Source of the DNA: a virus
Lineage: Duplodnaviria > Heunggongvirae > Uroviricota > Caudoviricetes
IMG/VR virus record: IMGVR_UViG_3300030339_000005
Reading direction: 5' to 3' (one strand)
DNA length: 64,000 nt
The position numbers and the translations under genes are program-made. The notes under the pieces are model-generated. The model was given only the letters and a program-made list of their open reading frames with translations. It was not told the DNA's origin and did not search any database. This document shows positions 38,393 through 48,714 of this stretch, in pieces. The stretch's first letter is position 1. Each line of letters opens with the position of its first letter.

Positions 38393-40204
38393 ATGCCAAA
38401 ACTATTAATCAATAAATCAAAGGAAAGACAAATTGCTCCGCCTGATAATATTGTCTCGCCAAATAAATTTGTTATACCTGAGGCTAAAGTATTAACTAAG
38501 ACACCTATAGGTCAAGGAATACGAATGAATTATGTGGATGCTAGTAAAGCTCCATATCAGGATCGTTATGCTGCAGAAAAAGAAGCACAAATGGCAAGAG
38601 CAAATGCTCCACTAGAAAATGTATATCCAGAATTTGATATTATTACTATGGCTGGCGGATTAGGAGAAGTAGGCAAATCTTTATTACAGAATACTTATAA
38701 AATTAATCCTCTTGCTAAGAGAGTTGTTGGGGAAGGAGATTTCTTAATGAATCCAAAACCTAATTGACTTACAGGATATAAAGTAGCACCAACTCTTGAC
38801 GATATTATTGCTCGAAATCAAGGACTTAGACCTAAGTTAAATAAGTTATTAGTTAAAGATCGTGGTATGGTGTATGGCAATGATGAAGCTTTAGTAAATT
38901 CTGCACCTATAGCATATGAAACTCATCCTAAAGGTGAGATGATTCTATATCAAGACATGGCTAATCCAGCACATCATTTCTTTGATGCTAATATGCCAGG
39001 CCAACCTTTACAAGCAGGAAGATCTTTTAATAGATTAATGACTAAAGTTCCTGTAGATGGTTATGTTGAAGAGGCTGGGACATTAAGTTTAGATGCCCTT
39101 AAGACAACTCTTAAACAAACTACAAAACCTGGCTTTAAAGGTGAATTACCTGGCACTAAAATTTCCTTAAATAATTCTGCCTTTATAAAGAAGCTGCCTG
39201 GTACTATTGATAATGGTAAAAGTCCTATTACATTTGACTCTTATTTTAAAGCAAGGGCTGGAGCTAAAGAAGTTACTAAGATGTATCAAGAATTTGGATT
39301 TCCTAAAGCTAAAGCCACTTTATATAGAAGTAATATGGATACTCAGTTTGGAATTAATGTTCCTAATATTCGTTTATCTCGAGTTCCACCAGTTAAAGAT
39401 GTATCAGGAATAACTTTAGAAGATTTTAAGAAAGTTAATTGATATAAAGAGTTAACCGCTATTCCTAATGGCGCCGCTAAAAATGCAAGAACACTTCTTG
39501 GAGAAGTCCAAGATCGTTTAAGAACTCCTGAAGGAATTCGTCGAGCTAAATCATTGGGAGTGGATTCTAGAGATTTAAATAGTAGTGTTGTAATAGATAG
39601 TTATTTAAGTCCAGCCTATCATGGTACAACTTCAATTGGAAATGGAAATGTTTTTGGCATTAGTCCAATATTAAAGAACCCAGATGTTCGTCCTATTATG
39701 CGACATGAAATTGAACACTCTTTCCAAAAGGTTAATAGTTTAGATACTAAAATGCCTACAGTTATTGATGATATATTAAAAGACTTAGAACTACAAGAGC
39801 CATTAAAAAATGTAACTCAATTAGAAAAGGCTCCAACATTAAAACAAGAGTCGTATCTAACTAAGTTACGAAATGATGAAAATGCCGCAGATTATTTTAA
39901 TTTTGGAAATAGGAAAGGGCCTTCATTAGAAAGAGCGCCTATGTTAGCAGAAGTGCAACAATATGCTTTAGATCAAGGATTAACAAAGCACCCATATGAT
40001 CCAGTTACACCTGATAAAGTTAGAGAAATATTTAACTTCTATCAATCTTCTCCCAAAGAATTTCCATTAAGAATCTTTAATATAATGCAGCCGTCAGATA
40101 ATAATATGTATACTATAGCTAAAGGATTGAATAGAATGTTATCTGTTCCTGCAGCTGGTTTAGCAGCCAAAACATTAATACCAAAAAAGAAAGCCGAGCA
40201 GTAA
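38393..40204 (+). CDS. HExxH zinc-metallopeptidase-like protein, about 603 aa, plus-strand, two in-frame TGA (38765-38767, 39440-39442); ends TAA
   Basis: ORFs 38393, 38867, 39554 share a frame with open gaps; motif PIMRHEIEHSF. Confidence 0.55.
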
Positions 40205-40218
40205 TGCCCGGCTTTTTC
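40192..40218. terminator. bidirectional rho-independent terminator
   Basis: AGCCGAGCA-GTAA-TGCCCGGCT hairpin with T-runs on both strands, between convergent genes. Confidence 0.5.
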
Positions 40219-40460
40219 TATTTAGTCTCACCACAACATGTAGTTGTAAAAGGTGGATAAAATGGAGATGCTGTTGATGATCTATTATATATGTATGTAG
40301 GATATTGTTGCCAAGAAGGTTGTGCTGGTTCTGATGTCCACCATCCTTGTATCTTCCATCCTTGTAGATTAAATTCTTCTATAAACTTACTTAACTCTGT
40401 AAGTGTAGTTAGAGATTTTAATTTAATTACTTTATCGTTTGTGTCTATTTCTACTAGCAT
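40218..40460 (-). CDS. hypothetical protein, 80 aa
   Basis: ORF track. Confidence 0.4.
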   Translation of the reverse strand: MLVEIDTNDKVIKLKSLTTLTELSKFIEEFNLQGWKIQGWWTSEPAQPSWQQYPTYIYNRSSTASPFYPPFTTTCCGETK

Positions 40461-40843
40461 TGATCAAATTGTATATTAATATGTATATCATTATCTACTA
40501 AGTTGTCATTTATCTTAGTTTGTTCTTGAATAGTAAAGGCTTCATTAATTCGAATAAGTTTTAAGAGCTCTTTCTTAATAACTTTAAGCATCTCTTCTAA
40601 TTCTTCATTAAGATTTTTTATAATCTCTTCAGTTGTAAACTCTGATTCTTCTAAGTTTTCTGTAAAGACCATCTTAGATGGTTTTCTTGTGCTATCAAAG
40701 AAGGGTGGTATTGTAACTAGTACCATTATTTCAGTACATGATGTTACTTGAGTAATAAAAAAGTCTCGAGGTTTGCCGACATTTTCCAGGAGATCATTAA
40801 GATCATCCAATAGTTTATAATTTTTGGGAGTTACTAGTTCCAT
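40454..40843 (-). CDS. hypothetical protein, 129 aa
   Basis: ORF track. Confidence 0.4.
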   Translation of the reverse strand: MELVTPKNYKLLDDLNDLLENVGKPRDFFITQVTSCTEIMVLVTIPPFFDSTRKPSKMVFTENLEESEFTTEEIIKNLNEELEEMLKVIKKELLKLIRINEAFTIQEQTKINDNLVDNDIHINIQFDQC

Positions 40844-40998
40844 ATTATTTGTATAGTATTTTAAAGATTTCTAATGGTTCATGTTTTTTAAATGTTTGAT
40901 AGAAGTATCAATTTTCATATCAATCTTCTATATACGCTAGTGTTTTAGGTTGAGGATCTATTAAATCCAACAATTTAATAATTTGTTGTAGTTCTACT

Positions 40999-41430
40999 TT
41001 ATCCATTATTACATTCTTTAAATTTTGCTATACAGTATTTTAAGGTTTTTCTCAAATATTTTAGAGTAGTTTCATAGAATGGAAATGCTCTAGACGAGTT
41101 TGCATTATTCATTACACTCATTGTAGTATCTATTTCCATCTGTGCATGTTCTATGGCTGCAGCTAATGATTGTGAATCAGATCCAAATTCATATGATTGA
41201 AATTGTTCTGACCATGGAGAAGAAATTGTTAGGTATGGGGTTAACATAAGTTTAATAATTTCCATCTCTGGTAATTCTATAAGAGATGCTGGCACAAATA
41301 CATTACTAAATGCGCATCCATTTAAATTAACTAATCCCATAACTATTGTGGCAAAATCTAACTCGTCTATATAGAGGGATACGATTGCTATCTTCCCATC
41401 ACCTGAAGTTTCACTTCTAAGTATTTCCAT
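40999..41430 (-). CDS. hypothetical protein, 143 aa
   Basis: ORF track. Confidence 0.4.
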   Translation of the reverse strand: MEILRSETSGDGKIAIVSLYIDELDFATIVMGLVNLNGCAFSNVFVPASLIELPEMEIIKLMLTPYLTISSPWSEQFQSYEFGSDSQSLAAAIEHAQMEIDTTMSVMNNANSSRAFPFYETTLKYLRKTLKYCIAKFKECNNG

Positions 41431-41729
41431 TATTTAATGTATAATAGTAAATTATAATCATCTGTATTTATTACTACGCCGCCCTCTATTACTTCGCTTT
41501 GCTGCAGTAGATAAGGTCGCGGGAGAGTTAGACATTGGAGAATAACTGTTATAACATGGTTCATAGTTTCAAGAGTTTCCTTACGGTATTCTATTTCTTG
41601 ATTCTGTTCTGGCGTTGCCATGCGGTAATTATGGAATTCTATAGATTCTATATATTCTCTCTTACGTCTTATTCTTGCTATTAGTTCTTGCTCAAGAGCA
41701 CTAATTATCTTTTCTATCTCTGTATCCAT
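41430..41729 (-). CDS. hypothetical protein, 99 aa
   Basis: ORF track; 1-nt overlap with downstream gene. Confidence 0.4.
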   Translation of the reverse strand: MDTEIEKIISALEQELIARIRRKREYIESIEFHNYRMATPEQNQEIEYRKETLETMNHVITVILQCLTLPRPYLLQQSEVIEGGVVINTDDYNLLLYIK

Positions 41730-41734
41730 TTTCT

Positions 41735-42028
41735 TTATAATAAATTAGTTAAAATTGTATCAGTAGGAACTAGTTCTACTTCTGATCTTATTAAAGATGT
41801 GTATTCATAGATGTGTGCAAACATAATTCCATTAACTTCATAAGTTGGGCTTAAAATTTCTAGTACTACTTTTTTGACATCAGGTTTTATAAATGCAGGT
41901 AAAAATATCTGATTAAATCTCTGACCTCTAAATTGATCTTTATAGTTATTAGGATTACGAGCAATATAAATACAATCTATTAGATTTAATACTAAATCCT
42001 TGACTTCACTATTCTCCACTATTTGCAT
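41735..42028 (-). CDS. hypothetical protein, 97 aa
   Basis: ORF track. Confidence 0.4.
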   Translation of the reverse strand: MQIVENSEVKDLVLNLIDCIYIARNPNNYKDQFRGQRFNQIFLPAFIKPDVKKVVLEILSPTYEVNGIMFAHIYEYTSLIRSEVELVPTDTILTNLL

Positions 42029-42220
42029 GGCTCTAATAAGGATAAAATGTTAAATTCTTCTGATGGTTTTGTATCTACTAATTCTGCTGGCATAATCTGA
42101 GCAGTCTTCATTGGATTAATAATCCCAACGCCCTGTATTTTATGTGGTCCTAATCGTTCTGCCATTACTTCTTCTCATTCTGAAGCATTGTCATATAGTG
42201 CTAAGTGTTCCCACTTTCCG

Positions 42221-42445
42221 TTATGATACATTTTCATTATTTTCTTTATTTGGTTCACTAAGCTTCCTTAGATTAAATTGTTTAATTTCACTTCCATCTT
42301 CTGTCTTAATAATAGTAAGGTAGCCCTTGGCTATTAATGATTTGTGGTATTTCTTTATTGTCTGAACACTCATTCCAATCTTCTGACTTATTTCTTCGTC
42401 CGACAATAATACATAACCAAATTCTAATTTGTTTTCTTCTTCCAT
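42221..42445 (-). CDS. small HTH DNA-binding protein, 74 aa
   Basis: LSDEEISQKIGMSVQTIKKYHKSLIAKGYL helix-turn-helix-like. Confidence 0.45.
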   Translation of the reverse strand: MEEENKLEFGYVLLSDEEISQKIGMSVQTIKKYHKSLIAKGYLTIIKTEDGSEIKQFNLRKLSEPNKENNENVS

Positions 42446-43212
42446 TATAATAATATTTCATCATTATTTTCTAAATCTCCTGTCTCTAAACGATATATTC
42501 GTTTCTTGAGCTCTTCCATCTCTAATTTAAGATTATCATTCTCTCTTAATACTACCTTTAAATCCTTAGTATTAGATTCTGTGACTTCTTTTAGTTCCTC
42601 AATATCTTCTTCATGCTTCTGAAGTGTCCAAATAATAGCCTGGCCTAGCTCATCTAAGTGAAAGAACTTCTCATTAATATGAAGGCCTGTAATTGGATCT
42701 TTAGACTCGGTCTTTACTATATTCAGGTATCCTTTCCTCACTAAAGAGTTATCAAGTCTGGATATAGTTCTGGCTGAAATATTTAGTTTCTCACTAAGCT
42801 GCTCGTTTGTAAATGTAGTCTTGCCAAATCCATCTTGATCCTTCATCATAAATTGTTGATGTGCAATTAAATAAGCTTTTTCATTTGTCTCTAAAGTCTT
42901 ATTCTCTAGAAACTTATAACTAAATGGCTCAAAGTTTTTATGAGGATTAAACTTATAGATATTTCTTCGGCCGTCTTTACGAATTGAGATGTAATTATCT
43001 GCGGATAGTAACGAGATTGCATTCCTAATAGTATTAATACTATATCCAGTATCCTTTGATAAAGTTGCCAAGGAAGGAAAGCACTCTTTTGTTTCATTAT
43101 TCATATACTTTCGAAGTGTCGCATAAACTAATAAATCTTTAGGCTCTAAACCGTCCTTTTTAGTCATATTATTTGGCACCTGAATATGTTGTTTGTTTAG
43201 TTTTTCACCCAT
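42445..43212 (-). CDS. DNA-binding protein with two winged-HTH-like segments and C-terminal coiled coil, 255 aa; candidate regulator or replication initiator
   Basis: Two LATLSKDTGYSINTIRNAISLL / LSEKLNISARTISRLDNSLVRKGYL type segments. Confidence 0.45.
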   Translation of the reverse strand: MGEKLNKQHIQVPNNMTKKDGLEPKDLLVYATLRKYMNNETKECFPSLATLSKDTGYSINTIRNAISLLSADNYISIRKDGRRNIYKFNPHKNFEPFSYKFLENKTLETNEKAYLIAHQQFMMKDQDGFGKTTFTNEQLSEKLNISARTISRLDNSLVRKGYLNIVKTESKDPITGLHINEKFFHLDELGQAIIWTLQKHEEDIEELKEVTESNTKDLKVVLRENDNLKLEMEELKKRIYRLETGDLENNDEILL

Positions 43213-43394
43213 TCTTAATTTTTATTATAAGACAAATTTAATACAATTGTATCAATAAAATTGTATAATCGTATCAATTTTTAAATTAAGAAATTTAGAG
43301 TATTCTCTAAAGAAGAATTAAAGTTTTCTATATGTCTTCTCTAAAATAAATAAAGTAAGTAAATGTTTCAAAGTATGAGGACAAAAATGATACA

Positions 43395-43460
43395 ATCTTT
43401 TGACAAAAGTGATTGAGCTTTTGGACAAAATTGATATGATGGCGAACAAAATTGATATCT
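43395..43460. promoter_or_regulatory. direct repeats (GACAAAA-TGAT-type, three copies) in divergent intergenic region; candidate operator or iterons
   Basis: GACAAAAGTGATTGAGCTTTTGGACAAAATTGATATGATGGCGAACAAAATTGATATC. Confidence 0.35.
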
Positions 43461-43709
43461 AACTATACTTATACTATACTTACTAAAACTATACATAATG
43501 ACCTCCGGCCCAAAAAAATCTTGGCAGCCATCCATTTTAGAAAGAAAGAAAGTTGGGATAACCATGATGTGCATAAATTTTTAAAAAAATTTTTTATATT
43601 TTTTCTGAGAACGAGTGGCCTGTTTCCCCATTTACCCCCTGCCTCAAAGGGCGAGAAACCGTGTTCGAATCCCAAAATCCAATTTTCAAAATCTAAAAAA
43701 TTAAGCGTC

Positions 43710-44207
43710 ATGGCTGAAATTAAAGTTTTCACAAAAGAAGAACTCAAAGGCTACGCCAATGGTTCGACCAAAAACATGGGCAAGGTCACTTTGCCGAGTG
43801 GTAAGTATCGGGTTGAAAGACTTGAACTCCGTGAACAAATGATTAAAGGTGCAGATGGCACCGAAGACAACCGTAAATGGGTTGATGTTCATTTGTCAGG
43901 TGTTGCCAAGTCAGGTGTCATCAGTGGTTCACGTTTTGCTACAGCAGGATTCGCCAAAGAACCCGTCAAAGGGAACACATCAGGCAATTATTACTTCCCG
44001 TCAGTTGCCATTGGTAGCTGTTACGAAGGTGATTTGGCTGACATGTTGGTGGACATCCAAGGCAAAGACATTGAAATTGTCATTGTTGAAGGCAACACTC
44101 CGAAGTTTACATTGAAGTCTTGGAAGACCAAAGAAGAAGCAAAAACAGCTTCTGCTGCTGGTTGGAATGCCAAACAATTTATGCGTGTTTCAAAGATTCA
44201 CGCCTAA
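43710..44207 (+). CDS. hypothetical protein, 165 aa
   Basis: ATG at 43710 (MAEIKVFTKEEL...) in frame of ORF 43452-44207; upstream part looks noncoding. Confidence 0.5.
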   Translation: MAEIKVFTKEELKGYANGSTKNMGKVTLPSGKYRVERLELREQMIKGADGTEDNRKWVDVHLSGVAKSGVISGSRFATAGFAKEPVKGNTSGNYYFPSVAIGSCYEGDLADMLVDIQGKDIEIVIVEGNTPKFTLKSWKTKEEAKTASAAGWNAKQFMRVSKIHA

Positions 44208-44286
44208 AATTTGGGCATTAAGAGGATACACCCTTCGGGGTGTATCTCTCTCTTAAAAAATAGTATATTCACTAAAGCTTATTAGT

Positions 44287-44493
44287 ATGATCACAGTGCT
44301 TGGCACATTTGGTGATTACAATATTCTCAAAGGCGATGATGGACAAGAATATAATGCTTATCCATATGCTCTTGATGCGGATAGAGTTAGTCACAAGCAT
44401 GGGTTCTTCCTTTTAAATAAGAAGAATTTTGCAGATGGTACAGAGGGGTATGTAATCACAAACTACCTTGTTGACGAAGATAACAACCAATAG
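44287..44493 (+). CDS. hypothetical protein, 68 aa
   Basis: ORF track. Confidence 0.35.
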   Translation: MITVLGTFGDYNILKGDDGQEYNAYPYALDADRVSHKHGFFLLNKKNFADGTEGYVITNYLVDEDNNQ

Positions 44494-44798
44494 ATAATTT
44501 TATCAATTTTGGTTGAGTGTTAAAAGAGTAAGTGGTCTAGCAATCCTTATTCTACACTCACCAAAAATTGTATAATCACAAGCTCTCATTTTCAACCCAA
44601 TAAAATTCGCTATATCATAATGAACACAAATGATTGGATGGTTGCCATATAATAACTGATTAAAAGTTTGTCAGTATAATCTAAAAAGAATCGCAAGGCT
44701 AGTGCTATGTTTGAAACAACATAAGCAGCTCAACTTGAAAACTCAGCATAACTGAGTGCAAAGTAAAAATATTATCAACCAACTTAAACTCAGCTAAA

Positions 44799-45239
44799 GT
44801 GAAAGTACAATCAACAATCGGTGAAGGCCTATTAGGTCAGACCATATCTTTGAACATTCAAGAAATGATTATTTTGGCAGATTTGCTTCAAGTATTTGAT
44901 GCAAGGATCTCAAAAGAATCTGATCTTGCTTTCCATAACGTCTCAGCCTTCTTGCACAAAGCTCTTGGCAATGATGTCAAAACTTTGGATCAAACAACGG
45001 AAGAAATGTTTGGTAATGCCATTCAGTTCTCATACAACCAGAAAATCAAGTGTTTGGCCAATCGTTATCAAAGCAAATCATCCCTGTTGGCCAGAGTAGA
45101 ATCTACCTTTGGCAAGGATGCAATTTTCGAAAAAGAAGAAGCTCTTAACGGAATGATGTATGTCTCTTATCAAAAGAGTAAAGATGAGCTTGAATACAGA
45201 TTCTGTGCTTGTTATCCTATTCCTCCTGTTGAAAAATAG
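44799..45239 (+). CDS. hypothetical protein, 146 aa
   Basis: ORF track. Confidence 0.45.
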   Translation: MKVQSTIGEGLLGQTISLNIQEMIILADLLQVFDARISKESDLAFHNVSAFLHKALGNDVKTLDQTTEEMFGNAIQFSYNQKIKCLANRYQSKSSLLARVESTFGKDAIFEKEEALNGMMYVSYQKSKDELEYRFCACYPIPPVEK

Positions 45240-45241
45240 CC

Positions 45242-45583
45242 ATGGAATCAGATACAAAAGATATCATGCTTGTATTAGGGAGACTCAACGCCGTTGTGCC
45301 TGAGTCTACCCTACAAGCAATTCAAGATGGAAAGCCTCTTATCATTTTTATAGACGATGAAGTAGCATTTAATAATACTGATTTGTCTGATGAAGACGCT
45401 CTTGCATTAAGAAAGATCACAGAGCAACCAGCTCTTGCACCCATAGTGAGAAGAACTTTATCAACTCACAGAATGGAACCTCTTGAGATGCCTCCATTGT
45501 ATGATGTATCTCATGATAATTTTCGTGAGCTTCAGCCTTGGCAAAAGCATGGTAAACACTGTAAACGTGGAAGATCTTACTAA
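45242..45583 (+). CDS. hypothetical protein, 113 aa
   Basis: ORF track; 2-nt spacing from previous gene. Confidence 0.45.
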   Translation: MESDTKDIMLVLGRLNAVVPESTLQAIQDGKPLIIFIDDEVAFNNTDLSDEDALALRKITEQPALAPIVRRTLSTHRMEPLEMPPLYDVSHDNFRELQPWQKHGKHCKRGRSY

Positions 45584-45788
45584 GCCTCTTAGCACACTCT
45601 TTACTCCATTAGAAGTTGAGAGTTGTGAGATGCATACTTACGTTAGTAAAGTTGATGCTTATAATTATGCGCACAAGTGTATTCCTCATGGTATGAACCT
45701 TCAAAAGATTGAAGCCATAGGACACACCACATACTACTTATTTGGTAACAATGACTGCAAATGCTATTGTTGTCTTATCGATAAGTGA
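45483..45788 (+). CDS. hypothetical Cys-rich small protein; true start probably downstream of the overlap
   Basis: ORF track; overlaps previous ORF by 100 nt. Confidence 0.3.
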   Translation: MRCLHCMMYLMIIFVSFSLGKSMVNTVNVEDLTKPLSTLFTPLEVESCEMHTYVSKVDAYNYAHKCIPHGMNLQKIEAIGHTTYYLFGNNDCKCYCCLIDK

Positions 45789-46011
45789 TCTCGTTTGAAC
45801 GCACGGAAACGTTATAACGAGAGTCTGCTTCCCCATGACTGGCAGGCAACAATGATAGATGAGTGTATCGACTCAACGGCACATTTCCGAAAACATAAAC
45901 ATTTTCTTACCTCAATATCTATTTGTACATTTGAACGATGAACAAAAGGGCCACTCATCGCGTTGTGAAACGCGGTGAGTTTTCCAATTCACTAAACAAT
46001 AATACTCTACA

Positions 46012-46275
46012 ATGCAAAAGGTCAGAACTCTCACGGATGTTGAGATAAAAGTCATAAAGACTAATCATCCGAAGTCCAACATTAAGACTCCTGAAGAAGG
46101 TTTGGAAGAAATCAAAGATCTGTTGGATCCAATAGTTTACGAGCGCTTGAGAAATGCGCCTGAACTCAAACTAGCTCTTAGAGAAGAGTTAAAGAAAGCC
46201 TATAATGTGAATTTAGACTGGGTATACGCGTTATATCACCAGTATTCATTACTTAAGAAAATAGAACTCAAGTAG
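46012..46275 (+). CDS. hypothetical protein, 87 aa
   Basis: ORF track. Confidence 0.4.
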   Translation: MQKVRTLTDVEIKVIKTNHPKSNIKTPEEGLEEIKDLLDPIVYERLRNAPELKLALREELKKAYNVNLDWVYALYHQYSLLKKIELK

Positions 46276-46276
46276 C

Positions 46277-46522
46277 ATGAAACAATTCAATAATCTTCAT
46301 ATCAAAGAACTCACAGGTTTTACTAGTGAGACTATCGTTGCCTCTTATGCTTTTGTTATAGATATGAAGACAACAAAATCTGCTCGAATCATCATTCTGA
46401 ATTCTATCAATGTATTCCGTCAGCTCTCATCAATATTAGTTGTTGAGAGGGATAACGTTGCTGTTTACAGAACACACTCTTTGCCTAAGGCTCTCAAAGT
46501 CTATAACGCAATTATACATTAA
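46277..46522 (+). CDS. hypothetical protein, 81 aa
   Basis: ORF track; 1-nt spacing. Confidence 0.4.
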   Translation: MKQFNNLHIKELTGFTSETIVASYAFVIDMKTTKSARIIILNSINVFRQLSSILVVERDNVAVYRTHSLPKALKVYNAIIH

Positions 46523-47658
46523 AACAATCCTGGTGATAAATGGTCTTAGCTGAGTGCCAAATATCTTTATTCGCAATATGCGTTACAGGAGGCTCATACG
46601 ACAACATCCAATCGTCGAGAACACTACACGCGCAAACAATATTTTTGAATGAAATGAATGAAGAACGTGATGTAGCCGTGTAAGTCGGCAGTATTTGAAC
46701 TAGATAGTTTAGTGCTAATTTTCAAGTCCTACTGGGTATGCTCATATTGAGTACGGTAATGATACTAGAGATTGGTTAAATAGCTAGTTCTTGGGTAGGG
46801 CAAACACACACGTAGTGGTGGTGAACACTGATAGAGGTAAAAAGGCTCGGGATGGGGCTACATTTGTCGGCAGTGGAGTTAATGGCATCCTATTGCTCCA
46901 TGTATTAAAGTCCGGTCTGAAGACACCTTCCTTACCCATTCCCATTTCTCTCCACAATTAATCAAGACACGAAGTCTGACGACGATTCGCCTTGGATCAC
47001 TTCACTAAGATACTTTGCTAAAGCCGAGTAGCTCAGAGCGTGGAGTATGGAGAGAGAAATCTCATTTAGTTGTACGCAACTACACATAGTAAGAATGAGG
47101 TACGAAACGTATTAAATTGTAGCGGTAGATTTAAGGCTTAGGATAAGTCCTTATCTAAAAGTATGTCTTTGACATATATACTAATTCAGACAATTAAGTA
47201 GTACGCAATATCACCACTATGTGATGAACTTTTAAGCTAGTTTTTAGAAAACAGCAACCATTGTAAACCACCGGCGCTGCAAGCTCGGACTCGGATAGAT
47301 GGAACGGTGTGATTCCCAATGCGCTAATTTGTTGAGATACTATCATGTTTGGATTATTCTGGGTAATGTTAATTCATTCTTGGGATGGACAAGACCACGA
47401 AATTCGCGGTGGCCATGATTGATATGTGGCGAGCAATTCTCAACAACCTGTGGTGGCCCATTTACTTGCGCCGATCTCCACAATGCGTTTGGCAGTCGAT
47501 TAACATTCTCTAACGAGTCTAAACATCCTCTCCCTGACACCGTTAAGCCGGGACCAGCTGCTGTAGTCATCCATCGATCTCGTGCGCTTAGCATGAGCCC
47601 ATCCTTGGATGACCGGCAGTTTTTAGTTGCCACTTCAAACCTAAAACATGTTGCCTAT
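46523..47658. other. 1.1-kb ORF-poor, GC-richer region with many stem-forming segments and a tRNA D-arm-like motif at about 47021-47045; candidate structured ncRNA or decayed tRNA array
   Basis: No credible ORF on either strand; TAGCTCAGAGCGTGGAG motif; repeated GTCGGCAGT. Confidence 0.3.
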
Positions 47659-48270
47659 ATGATTAAGATTGGATTTACCCCTCTTGAACAAGAACTCATG
47701 AAAGAGTATAATGCAGCTAATCGCTTGCATCTGCTCTTTATCCAACACCCTGAATGCGAAGAAATGATGCGTAACACAATTGAAGAACACTTTACTTGTG
47801 CTACTTTTGAAAACATCAAAGCTCGCGTTGTTGGTGTCCTTACTGGCGAAATGAATCGCCTTCATGGTACTAAGTGTCTAATCAATGATACCTTAACAGG
47901 TGTTATTCGTGCAGGCGCAGCAGTATCTGTATCATTTTCCTTTAACGAATCAGGTGATTACGAATTGGAACTCTATGTAGATACTGCGAATAAGTATACC
48001 TCTCGTATGTACAAGGTGAGCGAACTAACTATTGATGAATCCGTGTTGACAATTGCCAAGGTGGTGATTGGACAATATTCTAGTTACGCAGACTGTATTC
48101 GTGACCTAAGGCTACAAGGTTGTAAAGATCTTGGTTGGCTAAATTCTGATAACTTCACAATGCCAGCGGGCGCACACTTCACAGTGGCTTATCACACGGA
48201 TCGTGCTAAGTCGGACGTGTATTGTGATGTAATTCGGAGATTGTATTATTCAGTGGATGAAGGCGACTAA
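47659..48270 (+). CDS. hypothetical protein, 203 aa
   Basis: ATG at 47659 (MIKIGFTPLEQELMKEY...) in frame of ORF 47419-48270; upstream part looks noncoding. Confidence 0.45.
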   Translation: MIKIGFTPLEQELMKEYNAANRLHLLFIQHPECEEMMRNTIEEHFTCATFENIKARVVGVLTGEMNRLHGTKCLINDTLTGVIRAGAAVSVSFSFNESGDYELELYVDTANKYTSRMYKVSELTIDESVLTIAKVVIGQYSSYADCIRDLRLQGCKDLGWLNSDNFTMPAGAHFTVAYHTDRAKSDVYCDVIRRLYYSVDEGD

Positions 48271-48282
48271 TCGTTTAATACT

Positions 48283-48714
48283 ATGACTAAGACACAATTC
48301 AAAATCATGGCTGGCGTTCTATTGACACTAGCCATGGTTGCTTTAGTGGGATGCAGATCTCAAAAAAGCAACGAAACTCAAATCATGGAGTTGTTTAATG
48401 CTTATGATTATCATACAATTGATATGTCACCAGCAATCAATAACTTTCAACTTGAGTTTATTGAGGGCAAGTTAACTGTCCTGGACTCAACCCAATCTCG
48501 AGTGAATTCCACATCATGTGATTTTCATCAGAGCCGGTTTACCTACGTAGTATCATGCCGTAATGAGGCTTTCCTCATAAAGCAAAATCGACACAGTTTG
48601 TTATTCACCTTTCCAGATAGTATCTTATTAGGTGGAAGAATTTACTTTAAAAACTCGTGGGCTCAGCCCGATGGACATCATCAAAACAGCTCAGTGCTAG
48701 CCTTAGGATCGTAA
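48283..48714 (+). CDS. lipoprotein, 143 aa (signal peptide with lipobox LVGC)
   Basis: MTKTQFKIMAGVLLTLAMVALVGCRSQ. Confidence 0.5.
   Translation: MTKTQFKIMAGVLLTLAMVALVGCRSQKSNETQIMELFNAYDYHTIDMSPAINNFQLEFIEGKLTVLDSTQSRVNSTSCDFHQSRFTYVVSCRNEAFLIKQNRHSLLFTFPDSILLGGRIYFKNSWAQPDGHHQNSSVLALGS

Noticed and set aside
43621-43700. GTTCGAATCC motif suggesting another tRNA
   Set aside because: No acceptor, D or anticodon arms can be paired around it.
43452-43709. N-terminal extension of ORF 43452-44207
   Set aside because: Lys/Phe-rich, promoter-like AT-rich DNA containing the direct repeats; a good ATG at 43710 starts the conserved-looking part.
47343-47658. ORF 47343-47633 (minus) and the first 80 codons of 47419-48270
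   Set aside because: Pro/Ser/Arg/Gly-rich composition typical of translated GC-rich noncoding sequence; a downstream ATG at 47659 gives a sensible protein.
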